DNA from: Planctomycetota bacterium
Lineage (GTDB): Bacteria; Planctomycetota; Phycisphaerae; Sedimentisphaerales; Anaerobacaceae
Assembly: GCA_023135865.1 (NCBI GenBank)
Contig: JAGLSG010000064.1
Coordinates: forward strand, 8,311-72,310
Direction: 5' to 3'
Length of the DNA: 64,000 nucleotides
The translations under genes and the position numbers were made by a program. Shown here in pieces: positions 46,001 through 55,174 of the stretch (position 1 is its first letter; every line of letters begins with the position of its first letter). The notes under the pieces were generated by a model, which saw nothing but the letters and a program-made list of their open reading frames with translations, was not told the origin of the DNA and ran no database searches.

Positions 46001-46150
46001 AGCTGAACCTCCGCCACTGCCGCCGTTTTCTTCGAAGCCGGGATTTTGCAGTAAATTTGCCTGAGCTGTTGTGCACAGAAAAATCCATAGGAAAAAAACA
46101 GCTCGAAATGTAAATGTCTTTACTTTTGCGTTTTCCGTCATCCCGCTCAT
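43100..46150 (-). CDS. Secreted multidomain glycoside hydrolase: CBM4/9-like + Ig-like with dockerin-like insert + Fn3 + GH144/'putative glucoamylase'-like (alpha/alpha)6 core + C-terminal ConA/LamG-like domain
   Basis: About 1016 aa from ATG 46150 (GAGGAG upstream). Catalytic-core motifs FRFFWDYGHPVSGLA, CATGGSGMGLMAI, HGAWAHWINGTTGE, DLIETAFMMQGMLTVREYF and AIDQGPIVVMMEN resemble the DUF3131/PF10091 (GH144 beta-1,2-glucanase) family. That family call comes from memory of motifs, not from a search. Confidence 0.7.
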   Translation of the reverse strand: MSGMTENAKVKTFTFRAVFFLWIFLCTTAQANLLQNPGFEENGGSGGGSADHWTKTEAAGIETWAARTDSWGMSIVTWRGGGTGEVYQDVSVTESTFCIYKIWTRRDPDTFSGQFYMKIKWYNGSTYLSESSKNITLSSSSWTQQTLEATSPASCDTARIIFGSVAVTQVGKFDDASFTPTIAHSPSPADGADYVDPNADLGWQAGIYAASHDVYFGTDFNDVNEADATFLTGDVDNDSEVDWDDIAILSEQWLTIPSGSPSADIAGDSRVNLLDFAVMANDWMKTSAFKGNQTETSFEPGTMDVNTTYYWRIDEVSGVDVWQGDVWSFTVSYLPVIATGHDSRIDLRWPFDANVDGYNIYRSASALGPFSKQNSSLYAISVYSDFFGTNDETYFYYVTTVLDGEESATSRIVSATSYAMTDEELLDSVQEAHFRFFWDYGHPVSGLAREAYNVNTEHTDDHCATGGSGMGLMAICVGIERGFVTRADAAERLLKILTFLEEDAERYHGAWAHWINGTTGETIPFSEYDDGGDLIETAFMMQGMLTVREYFDANDSVETEIRSRVTSMWEDLDWYWYLRRTDTGYENSEWLYWHWSENYDWHMGMPIGGWNEGMIPYILAVASPTHPIPASCYYNGWAGSENFPNGNEYYGYKQWVGGSSPYGGNLFWTHYSYLGFDPNWSDWYCNYFDNNRNISLIQRAYADANPGGFVGHSDLVWGFTSCYGPWGYGGHSIPAEDDGTIAPTAALSAMAYTPAESLATMKHLYHTYGQEGLWGAFGFVDAFNLNEDPNWFAQGYVAIDQGPIVVMMENSRTGLCWDLFMANPEIQPALDAIADVEFANDRLGNPNVDGSLDVSGGIYTVTGAGCDFWGNYDEGHYAYRRLSGDCQITARVVSMTNTDYWAKAGVMIRESRYVDSKCVLMAMTPDSKNATFQWRSTTGGDTTASTQYSLSLPYWVRLVRVGDTFKAYRSSNGTSWTQQGSTQTISMSEDIYIGLAVTSHSVGNLCTAVFGNVDIQ

Positions 46151-46208
46151 AATCACCAATCCTCTCCTCTTATTTCAAAAAACATACCAATTCAAAACAT
46201 CACCGATA

Positions 46209-49200
46209 TTACTGAATCTGAATATTATCGAACACAGCTGTACATAATGTACCATCATTGTGCGATGTAACAATCAAACCAACATAAACATCTGCGCTCA
46301 TCGAAATAGTCTGCGTACTGCCCTGCTGCGTCCATAAAACGCCGTCAGAAGAACGGTAGGCATTAAATGTATTACCAGTGCGCACGAGACGTACCCAATA
46401 AGGCAATGACAAGTCATACGTTACTGGATCACCATACGTATATTCGGCAGTCTGGTAACGCCGCTGGAAGGAAGCACGTCCATACGGTGTCATCAGCATC
46501 GTCGCATTCCTGGAATTGGAATCGAGCGATTCACGGATAGTCACACCGGCCTTGGCCCATTCATCTGTGTTCTCGACACTGACAACACGAGCGATAATTT
46601 CACAATCACCGCTTAACTGACGATATATGATGTGGCCTTCATCCAACTGATTCCACAGGTCATCGCCGGAACCTTCGATTGTGTACCCGTCGCCATTAAT
46701 CTCTACACTTCCTGCGGCCTGAACGTTGCCTATATCTGTATTGGCAAAGGTGATAATATCAATCGAGATGCTCACAGGTAATGTATCGAAGGAAATCTCA
46801 TTACCGGTAAATCCAACTATCTCGTTGCCATCAATTGTTACAGAGTTTATCTCACTCGCTAAAAACGGCGGTTTGAATACAAAACCGTTGCCAGGGTTTG
46901 CCGCACCATTAACGTCCATTGTTACTGTATCGCCAATCCTTTCCATATCATAGCTTATATTGCCATAATAGGTGGGCATATTCTGTACAGAGACACCTTC
47001 GTCCAGCCACTCTCTATCAACCCCGTGGCCGAGAATTAAGCTATCGTCTCCTTCATAAACGAATAAACTCCGGAAAGAATTCATATATATAGAAGCAACC
47101 CACGTATGCGGCAAATCTCCGATAAACCACGGTTTGCGATCATCAGCCAATGTTCCTTCTGCCCATTGATTCCACGCAAGAGGCCTGCGAAGCTGCAGAT
47201 ACTGCTCCAGCATTTTCAGCGCCCTATCCCTTTGATTTAATCGCACAAAAACATGGGATACCCTCAAACCGTATGACGAATAAGACCACGGGTCATCATC
47301 TAAAGTAGGAGCAAATTGGTCATTCCAAAATGTCTCGAAAGTATTGAGCAGTGAAGTTTGCGGCAGATACTGTGATTCTTCCGTAGGCCAGACAGCAATA
47401 GCCGTAGAAGGTGCATCAAAATCACCCATTTCTGCACATCCAGGGATAAAGTCTATGCCTTCCAAGCTCTGAACAAGTGTAATTGAATCATACACGCACT
47501 GCCTGAAACCTGCTATTTCAGCGTCTATCCAGGCAAACAAACTGTCTTCATCAAGAATTTCAGCAATAGTTCTTGCGTCAACCCATCCTTTAACGCCCCA
47601 GAAATCATCCCAGTAACTATGCTTTCCAGGAGGAGGAAGATAACCTTCGTGACTTACAGACTCAGGGAAAATCCCATAATATCTTCCGCCTTCATATTCA
47701 GGGGTTAATCTTTCTGCTCTCAAATCTTCCATAAAATCAAGAACAAGTATTACGGTAGGTAATTTTTCTGCAAGAAACGCCGCATCTTTTGTGAAGAGAT
47801 AGTATTGCAAAACAGCATAGATGTACTGGCCCTGACTGTCATACTCTTCATAGACATTTTCCCATGCAGGGTCAATGGTGTCTTCCTCAACCATAATTGG
47901 CGGAACTTTGCCATTTTCCTTTACATAGTCGCTAATCCAATCAAGGTACGCTTCTACTTCCTGGGTGTATCCCATTCTCAAAAGAGCTGAGGATGTTATA
48001 CAAGCATCACGAATCCAGGATTTTTCATATGCACCAGAACCGGCCTGCAGCATAGGGCCATCTCTGTTGATAAGAATATACGCCAGACTGCTTTTAATTG
48101 TCTCAAGCATCTCATAATTCGGAATATCTATCTGAACCTGATTTAACTTGGTTTCCCAGAGATTAACCGTCTCGGTGTATTTGTCGTTAAAATCTTCCGG
48201 TGAAGATATGCTTGCAATTGTGTTGGCATCATTACACAAAGGTATTACAAAGAAGTATTCCTTTTGCTGCCCTGCGGCTAATGTAAAATCATACTCCAGT
48301 GCCCCTGAAGCATAGCCGAACGGATCGTCAACCGATGCCCCCGAAGTAAGGTTTCCTGTTTTGATTTCATCGACAATATCACCGGCGAGATACCCTAATG
48401 CGGCGAACTCGTTAGAATCTTCCAAAGCAATCAATTGGTCTTGTCCGTCGATTTTTACTATTCTGTTAGTTTCATCATATTCAATGCTCTTTATCTTTGC
48501 CATTCCGCCACCCCACTGCCAGGAAGGATTCACCTGGAAAGGCCTCATGGCGATAAACAGTTTGCCATTCATTGCTGCACCGCTTTTGTTTTCCAGGGTA
48601 TAATGGACAAAGGTCATGGATTTATCTGCCGTTCCGTTGGCAAATATTTTTTGGGAAAGGGTCAAATTATCATTTTCCCATTTTACTTTCGGAATAGGAA
48701 GATAGTCTTCTTCGAGTGTTTGAGTAAGCTCGAAATCCGCATAAGAAAGAAGTTCATTTGTATCATTCAAATATATGAACGGCATTAGAGACGGGCCAAA
48801 ATTGTACATCTGAATCATTCCGTCCTCGCAGAATGTACTTTCTGTGGCATCTGTCTCAACTCCAACTACCGTCCAATAAGCCAGATAACCGCCCACCCAG
48901 TTCGGATAATATTTACTCTGCGATGGCTTGGCTTTTATCTGGTAATAACTCTGTGCATCCAATCTGTTTTCGATAAAATCTATGCTTTCCTGTTCTCCAT
49001 TTTGTACCAGCATTATCGGGTCTTTGGTAATTCCGCCATCTCCCCAGAAATCGAAGACACGGAAAGTAAAGTCATTCAACTGCCCAGACACAATATAGCT
49101 GCTTATAGATGAAGTAGTCAGCGTATGAGCTACGCTTGTCTCTTCCGAAGACATAGTTCCAAATGAAGCAACATATTGACCGTTAATATACAACTCGTAG

Positions 49201-50861
49201 GCATCATCAACACCGCCCAAAACTATGGCAGCATTACTATCAGCCCATCCTGCTGGAATAAATATGTCTTTTTTATACCAGGCATAATCATCGTATCCGG
49301 AGTAACCCTGCTCTTCCCAGGATTTTCCAAGTTCTATCTCAGCGCTCCAGTTTGCACCGTTGGAATCTTCAGAAGGCCATCCACTTGCGACTCCTGTATT
49401 CGTCGGGTCCAGCCGGAATTTCCACTTACCTTCGAGCAGGCCGAACTCGCCTATATCACATGTGCCGTAAAGATCGATTCCATCTATGGCAATTTCATAT
49501 ATTGAATAGCCCCATATGGTAGCTCTTTGCGTAAAAGAGAATTTAATATATCTTGCTTCCACCATTGCAAATTCAATACCTTCGTATCCGCCCTGGCCGG
49601 AACTCTGACTGTAAACAGTTTGCCAGTTTTCCCCGTCAAGAGAGGTCAGAACGTCATAAGAAAGGGCATAAGCATCCTGCCAGAATATGGTTAAAGCTGA
49701 TATTTCCTCAACCTGTCGCAAGTCGATTTCGAGCCACTGCGAATCGGAATGCTCACTGCTCCAACGAGCTTCCATGTCCATATCAAGGGCATTTTCAGGG
49801 AAAAACGATCCGTCTTCCGATGGAGATTCTGACGATGAGGCAGTAATCCTTATTTCATAATCATAGGAAACCGTAAAACTCCAAACATCACCCTTCCACG
49901 TATCAACGCCATTGACCTCATCAATTCGCCAATAATAAGTCGTATCCATATCCATAATACCCGGCTCAAAGCTCGTCGCAGTCTGATTGCCTTTGAAAGC
50001 CGATTTTCTCATCCAGTCATTTGCCATAACAGCAAAATCAAGTAGATTCACGCTACTGTCGCCGGCAATATCCGCTGATGGTGAACCTCCCGGAGTAGTC
50101 AACCACTGCTCGGCAAGTATCGAAATATCATCCCAATCAACATAGCTATCACTATTCACATCGCCAATTAAAAATGTCGCATCCGCTTCATTTACATCGT
50201 TGAAGTCAGTACCAAGATACACATCGTGCGAAGCAGCATACGTACCCACCGACCAACTAAGGTCTGTATTAGGGTCAACATAATTGGCATTATCAGCTGG
50301 GTTTGGGCTATGGGCAATTATTATTGGAGTAAAGTTTGCATCGTCAAATTTACCACACTTATCGACATCTACACCAACCATCATAACACGAGCCGTATCA
50401 GCAGTTGCCATTGATATAACGTTAAGCGTCAATTCGGTCCATGCGACACCCTCAGGAAGTACCTCACTCGTGATGTCCAGCGATGTTTCCCCGAGAAGTA
50501 TTGCACCGGCATACCACTCGACTTTCATTGTGTAGCTGCCTGGATTTGGATTGCCATCATCTCTACATGCCCATATTGAGTAGGCATAGTCTGTATTTTC
50601 AGTTACAGCAACATCTTGGTAAAATTCACCGTTTCCATCATTATTCCACCAAACAAGTGCCACACCCCAGCTATCAGTATGGGCAGCCCACGTCTCCCTG
50701 CTTACTGCTCCAGAAATCACCCAGTAGCCATCGCTCTCAAAGCCGGGATTTTGCAGTAAATTTGCCTGAACTGTTGTGCACAGAAAAATCAATAGAAAAA
50801 AAACAGCTCGAAATGCAAATGTCTTTACTTTTGCGTTTTCTGTCATCCCACTCATAGCCAC
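46209..50861 (-). CDS. Secreted multidomain glycoside hydrolase-like protein: CBM4/9-like + Ig-like with dockerin-like insert + F5/8 type C + galactose-binding-like + large six-hairpin (GH15-like) core + C-terminal ConA/LamG-like domain
   Basis: 1550 aa. F5/8-C-like ARWSSEHSDSQWLEIDL...LDGENWQTVY. GH2-sugar-binding-like DDYAWYKKDIFIP...VDDAYELYINGQYV. Core YEKSWIRDACITSSALLRMG...GDLPHTWVASIYMN. The N- and C-terminal modules are shared with the 43100 gene. Confidence 0.68.
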   Translation of the reverse strand: MAMSGMTENAKVKTFAFRAVFFLLIFLCTTVQANLLQNPGFESDGYWVISGAVSRETWAAHTDSWGVALVWWNNDGNGEFYQDVAVTENTDYAYSIWACRDDGNPNPGSYTMKVEWYAGAILLGETSLDITSEVLPEGVAWTELTLNVISMATADTARVMMVGVDVDKCGKFDDANFTPIIIAHSPNPADNANYVDPNTDLSWSVGTYAASHDVYLGTDFNDVNEADATFLIGDVNSDSYVDWDDISILAEQWLTTPGGSPSADIAGDSSVNLLDFAVMANDWMRKSAFKGNQTATSFEPGIMDMDTTYYWRIDEVNGVDTWKGDVWSFTVSYDYEIRITASSSESPSEDGSFFPENALDMDMEARWSSEHSDSQWLEIDLRQVEEISALTIFWQDAYALSYDVLTSLDGENWQTVYSQSSGQGGYEGIEFAMVEARYIKFSFTQRATIWGYSIYEIAIDGIDLYGTCDIGEFGLLEGKWKFRLDPTNTGVASGWPSEDSNGANWSAEIELGKSWEEQGYSGYDDYAWYKKDIFIPAGWADSNAAIVLGGVDDAYELYINGQYVASFGTMSSEETSVAHTLTTSSISSYIVSGQLNDFTFRVFDFWGDGGITKDPIMLVQNGEQESIDFIENRLDAQSYYQIKAKPSQSKYYPNWVGGYLAYWTVVGVETDATESTFCEDGMIQMYNFGPSLMPFIYLNDTNELLSYADFELTQTLEEDYLPIPKVKWENDNLTLSQKIFANGTADKSMTFVHYTLENKSGAAMNGKLFIAMRPFQVNPSWQWGGGMAKIKSIEYDETNRIVKIDGQDQLIALEDSNEFAALGYLAGDIVDEIKTGNLTSGASVDDPFGYASGALEYDFTLAAGQQKEYFFVIPLCNDANTIASISSPEDFNDKYTETVNLWETKLNQVQIDIPNYEMLETIKSSLAYILINRDGPMLQAGSGAYEKSWIRDACITSSALLRMGYTQEVEAYLDWISDYVKENGKVPPIMVEEDTIDPAWENVYEEYDSQGQYIYAVLQYYLFTKDAAFLAEKLPTVILVLDFMEDLRAERLTPEYEGGRYYGIFPESVSHEGYLPPPGKHSYWDDFWGVKGWVDARTIAEILDEDSLFAWIDAEIAGFRQCVYDSITLVQSLEGIDFIPGCAEMGDFDAPSTAIAVWPTEESQYLPQTSLLNTFETFWNDQFAPTLDDDPWSYSSYGLRVSHVFVRLNQRDRALKMLEQYLQLRRPLAWNQWAEGTLADDRKPWFIGDLPHTWVASIYMNSFRSLFVYEGDDSLILGHGVDREWLDEGVSVQNMPTYYGNISYDMERIGDTVTMDVNGAANPGNGFVFKPPFLASEINSVTIDGNEIVGFTGNEISFDTLPVSISIDIITFANTDIGNVQAAGSVEINGDGYTIEGSGDDLWNQLDEGHIIYRQLSGDCEIIARVVSVENTDEWAKAGVTIRESLDSNSRNATMLMTPYGRASFQRRYQTAEYTYGDPVTYDLSLPYWVRLVRTGNTFNAYRSSDGVLWTQQGSTQTISMSADVYVGLIVTSHNDGTLCTAVFDNIQIQ

Positions 50862-50969
50862 CCATTCTCCAGTTTATCGCCAAAACCTACTCTGCGCGCA
50901 GGCAACTCTCCCGAACTTAGGCCTTTACTATAACAAAAATCCGCCAAAAATCAACAAAAATCCGCCAAA

Positions 50970-50998
50970 TTGACATACATATTGTGCATTGCATAACT
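50970..50998 (+). promoter_or_regulatory. Candidate clpB promoter (TTGACA-N17-ATAACT)
   Basis: -35 at 50970-50975 and -10 at 50993-50998, about 95 nt upstream of the ATG. Pattern match only. Confidence 0.3.
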
Positions 50999-51094
50999 AA
51001 GAATCGCCGTTTTAACCTCAATTTAGCGATTTTGCTTTTCTGGAACGCAGTTTGCACAATGTTTTAAGGTAAGTAATATACAAGGAAGCTGATT

Positions 51095-53677
51095 ATGAAA
51101 TTCGATAAATTCACATTGAAAGCTCAGGAAGCATTGGCTACAGCTCAGCAAATTGCGATGGCAAAATCGCATAGCGTCCTTTCTCCGCTGCACTTGTTGA
51201 GTGCCGTTTGCAATGATGAAAACAGCGTTGTGGTTATGATTCTTAAAAAAATAGGGGCGAATATTTCACGAATTAAAGATGTAACGGAAAGTGAATTAGG
51301 CCATCTGCCGCAGGCAACGAGCAACTCACAAATTATGCCAGAGCCGATTTTAAATCAAATTGTGCTGGACGCTCAAAATAAAGCTGATGCAATGAAAGAT
51401 GAATATCTGAGCGTAGAGCATCTTTTCCTGGCGATGGCTGATGTGCAAAGCGATGCAAAAGAAATCCTTCGACTAAATTCCATCACAAAAGAAGAAATTG
51501 AAAAAGCTCTCAAAGAAATTCGCGGCGGAGAAAAAATAACCGACCAAAATCCGGAAGCCAAATACAAGGCCTTGGAGCGATACGGAATTGACCTGTTGGA
51601 AATGGCTCGCAAAGGAAAACTCGACCCTGTAATCGGAAGAGAAGAAGAAATCCGAAGATGTATGCAAGTCTTAAATCGGCGAACCAAAAATAATCCAGTT
51701 CTAATCGGCGAACCCGGCGTTGGTAAAACGGCAATCGTCGAAGGACTTGCACAAAGAATAATTGCAGGCGATGTTCCAACCGGATTGAAAAATAAAAAAA
51801 TTATCGCTCTGGATATGGGTTCACTAATCGCCGGAACAAAATTTCGAGGTGAATTTGAAGACCGCTTAAAAGCTGTTCTAAAAGAAGTCATCGCAGCCGA
51901 AGGACAGATAATCCTTTTCATTGATGAACTGCACACCGTAGTGGGAGCCGGAAAAGCTGAAGGTTCTGTCGATGCAGGCAATTTATTAAAGCCGTCATTG
52001 GCACGAGGTGAATTGCGATGTATCGGCGCAACAACAATTGACGAATACAGAAAACATGTCGAAAAAGATGCTGCACTGGAAAGGCGGTTTCAGCCAATTG
52101 TGGTTGCTCCGCCAAATGTGGAAGAAACCATCGCAATCCTGCGCGGCTTGAAAAACCGCTATGACACCCATCACGGCGTACGAATTACAGATTCGGCACT
52201 TGTCGCAGCTGCGACACTATCGAATAGGTACATCTCTGACAGATGGCTGCCGGACAAAGCAATTGATCTGATGGATGAAGCTGCTTCAAAACTTAGAATC
52301 GAAAATGATTCACTGCCGGCTGAACTTGACAGCATCCGCAGAAAAATTATCCAATTACAAATCGAATGCGAAGCACTAAAAAAAGAAACCGACAAGCCGA
52401 GCAAAGAACGATTAAAAACAGGTGAAAAAGAATTGGAAAACCTGCAAAAACAGGATAAAAAACTGACCTCGCAATGGGAAAACGAAAAAGGCGAAATCGA
52501 CAAGATAAAACAACTAAAAGAAAAAATCGAAAACGCTCAAAACGAATTTGAAAATGCTCAGAGAAAAGGTGATTTGGAAACCGCAGCTCGGCTCAAATAC
52601 GGAACAATAGCTGATTTGAAAAAAGAGCTGGAAGAAAAAGAAGCAAAACTTGCCAAATCGGAAAAAGCAAACATAATCCAAAACGAAGTAACCGAGCAGC
52701 ACATAGCCGGCGTAGTTTCAAAGTGGACAGGGATACCAATCAGCAGGTTGCTCAGCGGTGAACGCGAAAAGCTGATTAAAATGGAAGAAACCATAAGCAA
52801 AAAGGTGGTCGGCCAAAACGAAGCTGTTGCCGCTCTTTGCAATGCCGTTCGCAGAAGCCGGGCTGGCCTGGCTGACCCAAACCGGCCAATCGGAACATTT
52901 TTGTTCCTCGGGCCAACCGGCGTTGGCAAAACGGAACTCTCAAAAGCACTTGCGGAATTTATGTTCAACGACCCAAACGCCATGATTCGAATCGATATGA
53001 GCGAATTTATGGAGCCGCATTCGGTGGCACGACTTATCGGTTCACCGCCAGGATATGTCGGCTACGAAGAAGGTGGGCGACTGACAGAAGCTGTTCGGCG
53101 AAAGCCATATTCGGTAATTCTGCTTGATGAAATTGAAAAAGCACATCCGGATGTTTTTAATGTGCTGCTTCAAGTATTCGATGATGGGCGGCTGACAGAT
53201 GGAAAAGCCAAAACCGTCGATTTCAAAAATACCGTGATTATTATGACAAGTAATATCGCCAGCCAGCAGATACAGGAGCTTACCGAAGAAGCTGGTGCCG
53301 ATTGGGAAATAGAAGCACATGTAAAAGATTCTCTTAAACAATATTTTAAGCCGGAATTTTTGAACCGCATCGATGAAGTGATTGTTTTCCGTATGTTAAC
53401 AAAGGAAGATTTGAAAAAAATTGTCGATATTCAGCTCGAATATCTTTGCCGGCGTTTGGCACATCGCAAAATAAAAATAGAAATCACAAAAGAAGCCCGC
53501 AAACAAATTATGGAAGAGGGCTATGACCCTGTTTTCGGTGCAAGGCCGTTAAAGCGAACCATTCAGCAGCGACTTGAAAATCCGCTTGCAACTGAAATTC
53601 TCACAGGCAAATTTACTGACGGCGATTCGGTTAAAATCGACGCAGGGCCACACAAATTTACATTTGAGAAAATGTAA
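51095..53677 (+). CDS. clpB: ATP-dependent chaperone ClpB
   Basis: 860 aa. Clp-N repeats, two AAA modules ([15 protein letters not shown] and [15 protein letters not shown]), and a long coiled-coil middle domain. Confidence 0.97.
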   Translation: MKFDKFTLKAQEALATAQQIAMAKSHSVLSPLHLLSAVCNDENSVVVMILKKIGANISRIKDVTESELGHLPQATSNSQIMPEPILNQIVLDAQNKADAMKDEYLSVEHLFLAMADVQSDAKEILRLNSITKEEIEKALKEIRGGEKITDQNPEAKYKALERYGIDLLEMARKGKLDPVIGREEEIRRCMQVLNRRTKNNPVLIGEPGVGKTAIVEGLAQRIIAGDVPTGLKNKKIIALDMGSLIAGTKFRGEFEDRLKAVLKEVIAAEGQIILFIDELHTVVGAGKAEGSVDAGNLLKPSLARGELRCIGATTIDEYRKHVEKDAALERRFQPIVVAPPNVEETIAILRGLKNRYDTHHGVRITDSALVAAATLSNRYISDRWLPDKAIDLMDEAASKLRIENDSLPAELDSIRRKIIQLQIECEALKKETDKPSKERLKTGEKELENLQKQDKKLTSQWENEKGEIDKIKQLKEKIENAQNEFENAQRKGDLETAARLKYGTIADLKKELEEKEAKLAKSEKANIIQNEVTEQHIAGVVSKWTGIPISRLLSGEREKLIKMEETISKKVVGQNEAVAALCNAVRRSRAGLADPNRPIGTFLFLGPTGVGKTELSKALAEFMFNDPNAMIRIDMSEFMEPHSVARLIGSPPGYVGYEEGGRLTEAVRRKPYSVILLDEIEKAHPDVFNVLLQVFDDGRLTDGKAKTVDFKNTVIIMTSNIASQQIQELTEEAGADWEIEAHVKDSLKQYFKPEFLNRIDEVIVFRMLTKEDLKKIVDIQLEYLCRRLAHRKIKIEITKEARKQIMEEGYDPVFGARPLKRTIQQRLENPLATEILTGKFTDGDSVKIDAGPHKFTFEKM

Positions 53678-53691
53678 AATCCAAAATCGTT

Positions 53692-54456
53692 TTACATATT
53701 TACAGCGATATTGCGGCTGGCAAGATATTCTTTGATTTGCTTTATCGTATAATTTCCAAAATGAGTTATCGAAGCTACAAGAACCGCATCCGCGCCGCCA
53801 TTAATAATGGCATCATAGAGATGTTCGAGTGTGCCAGCCCCGCCGGAAGCAATGACCGGAATATTGACAGCACCGCTGACAGCTTTATTCAATTCATTAT
53901 CATAGCCGGCCTTAGTGCCATCGGCATCCATACTCGTTAAAAGTATTTCGCCTGCACCGAGTTTTTCAGCTTGAACAGCCCAATCAACAACATCAATATC
54001 CGTCATCTGCGAACCGGCTTTTACGCACACCTGCCATTTTTCAGTTTGCTCCTTTGAACGGCGAGCATCAATCGCTAAAACAACACATTGATTGCCGAAA
54101 CGCTTTGCTGCCTGGCTTAATAAATCAGGATTTTCGACAGCTGCGGTATTTACAGAAACCTTTTCAGCTCCGCTTCGCAGAAGCTCATCAATTTGCTCAA
54201 CAGTTCGAATCCCGCCGCCTACGGTAAAAGGAATAAATACATTTTTTGCCACTTCACTGACCAGTTCGACAATCGTTTTTCGCGAACGAATGGTAGCTGT
54301 AATATCGAGAAATACCAATTCATCAGCACCAGCCTGGGAATATCTTGCACCAAGTTCGACAGGGTCGCCCGCATCACGAAGATTCAGAAAATTAACGCCT
54401 TTCACAACGCGATTATCTTTTACGTCAAGGCAGGGAATAACTCGTTTGGTCAGCAC
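53692..54456 (-). CDS. hisF: Imidazole glycerol phosphate synthase cyclase subunit
   Basis: (M)[22 protein letters not shown]..., [19 protein letters not shown] prefer GTG 54456, 2 nt after the hisH stop. The longest ORF starts at TTG 54477. Confidence 0.94.
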   Translation of the reverse strand: MLTKRVIPCLDVKDNRVVKGVNFLNLRDAGDPVELGARYSQAGADELVFLDITATIRSRKTIVELVSEVAKNVFIPFTVGGGIRTVEQIDELLRSGAEKVSVNTAAVENPDLLSQAAKRFGNQCVVLAIDARRSKEQTEKWQVCVKAGSQMTDIDVVDWAVQAEKLGAGEILLTSMDADGTKAGYDNELNKAVSGAVNIPVIASGGAGTLEHLYDAIINGGADAVLVASITHFGNYTIKQIKEYLASRNIAVNM

Positions 54457-54458
54457 AA

Positions 54459-55067
54459 TTAAATTTCCTTCTCGCAAATTTTTGCAAAATTTTTCAGTAC
54501 GGCAAGGCCAGCTTCGCCGCTCTTTTCAGGATGAAACTGTGTTCCGTAAACATTTGCCTTCTGCACCGATGCCGGCAAATCAAATCCGTAATCAGTATAA
54601 GCAATTTTCGCCTGCTCGTCAGCAACATCAGCGTAGAAAGAATGTGCGAAATAAAAATGTTTCTCTTTGTCAAGTCCGTTAAATAAATCCATATCTTTTG
54701 GCGGCTTTACAAGATTCCAGCCCATATGCGGAATTATCTGTTCACTTGGAATTGGTACTACATTTCCGCTAATCAATCCCAATCCACTATGTTCGCCATA
54801 TTCGCAACTCTTATCAAATAACATCTGAAAGCCGACACAAATGCCCAATAAAGGTTTACCTTCGAGAGCAAGTTTTTTTATCAATTCAGCTAAATTTCCC
54901 AAAGCATTGACGGCATAACCAAAAGCCGCCACTCCCGGCAAAACAATACCATCAGCAGATTTAATGACTTCCGGCGAGCAGCTAAGCTCGGCATCACAGC
55001 CAATATGCTCGAACGCATTACAAACGCTCTTAACATTTCCAACATTGTAGTCGATAATAACTATCAT
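54459..55067 (-). CDS. hisH: Imidazole glycerol phosphate synthase glutamine amidotransferase subunit
   Basis: [24 protein letters not shown] (nucleophile Cys), QFHPEKS. Confidence 0.95.
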   Translation of the reverse strand: MIVIIDYNVGNVKSVCNAFEHIGCDAELSCSPEVIKSADGIVLPGVAAFGYAVNALGNLAELIKKLALEGKPLLGICVGFQMLFDKSCEYGEHSGLGLISGNVVPIPSEQIIPHMGWNLVKPPKDMDLFNGLDKEKHFYFAHSFYADVADEQAKIAYTDYGFDLPASVQKANVYGTQFHPEKSGEAGLAVLKNFAKICEKEI

Positions 55068-55174
55068 AATTGAGTGTTGACTATAGTATAAGAACTTCTT
55101 ATCCTATCTGGCGTATTAAAAATTAAAATCAGCAATACGAATAATAAATGATAAACAAGGAATAGTAAATAATA

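Noticed and set aside
50981-51060. 8-bp inverted repeat ATTGTGCA ... TGCACAAT (64-nt spacing) upstream of clpB as a heat-shock operator
   Set aside because: It does not match the CIRCE or HAIR consensus. The spacing is too long for a single dimer operator, and an 8-mer inverted repeat in a 230-bp spacer could be chance. It is worth a look only if conserved in relatives.
54092-54682. 196-aa plus-strand ORF
   Set aside because: It is antisense to hisF/hisH. The same reasoning rejects 51373-51981 (antisense in clpB), 40156-40650, 42654-43136, 35844-36263, and the many 60-130-aa ORFs inside gyrA, the GH3 gene, mutS and the hydrolases.
55068-55174. glmS ribozyme upstream of glmS
   Set aside because: The spacer is only 107 nt and AT-rich, and I see no nested pseudoknot-forming GC segments. 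The ribozyme is mainly a Gram-positive feature. An Infernal scan with RF00234 would settle it.
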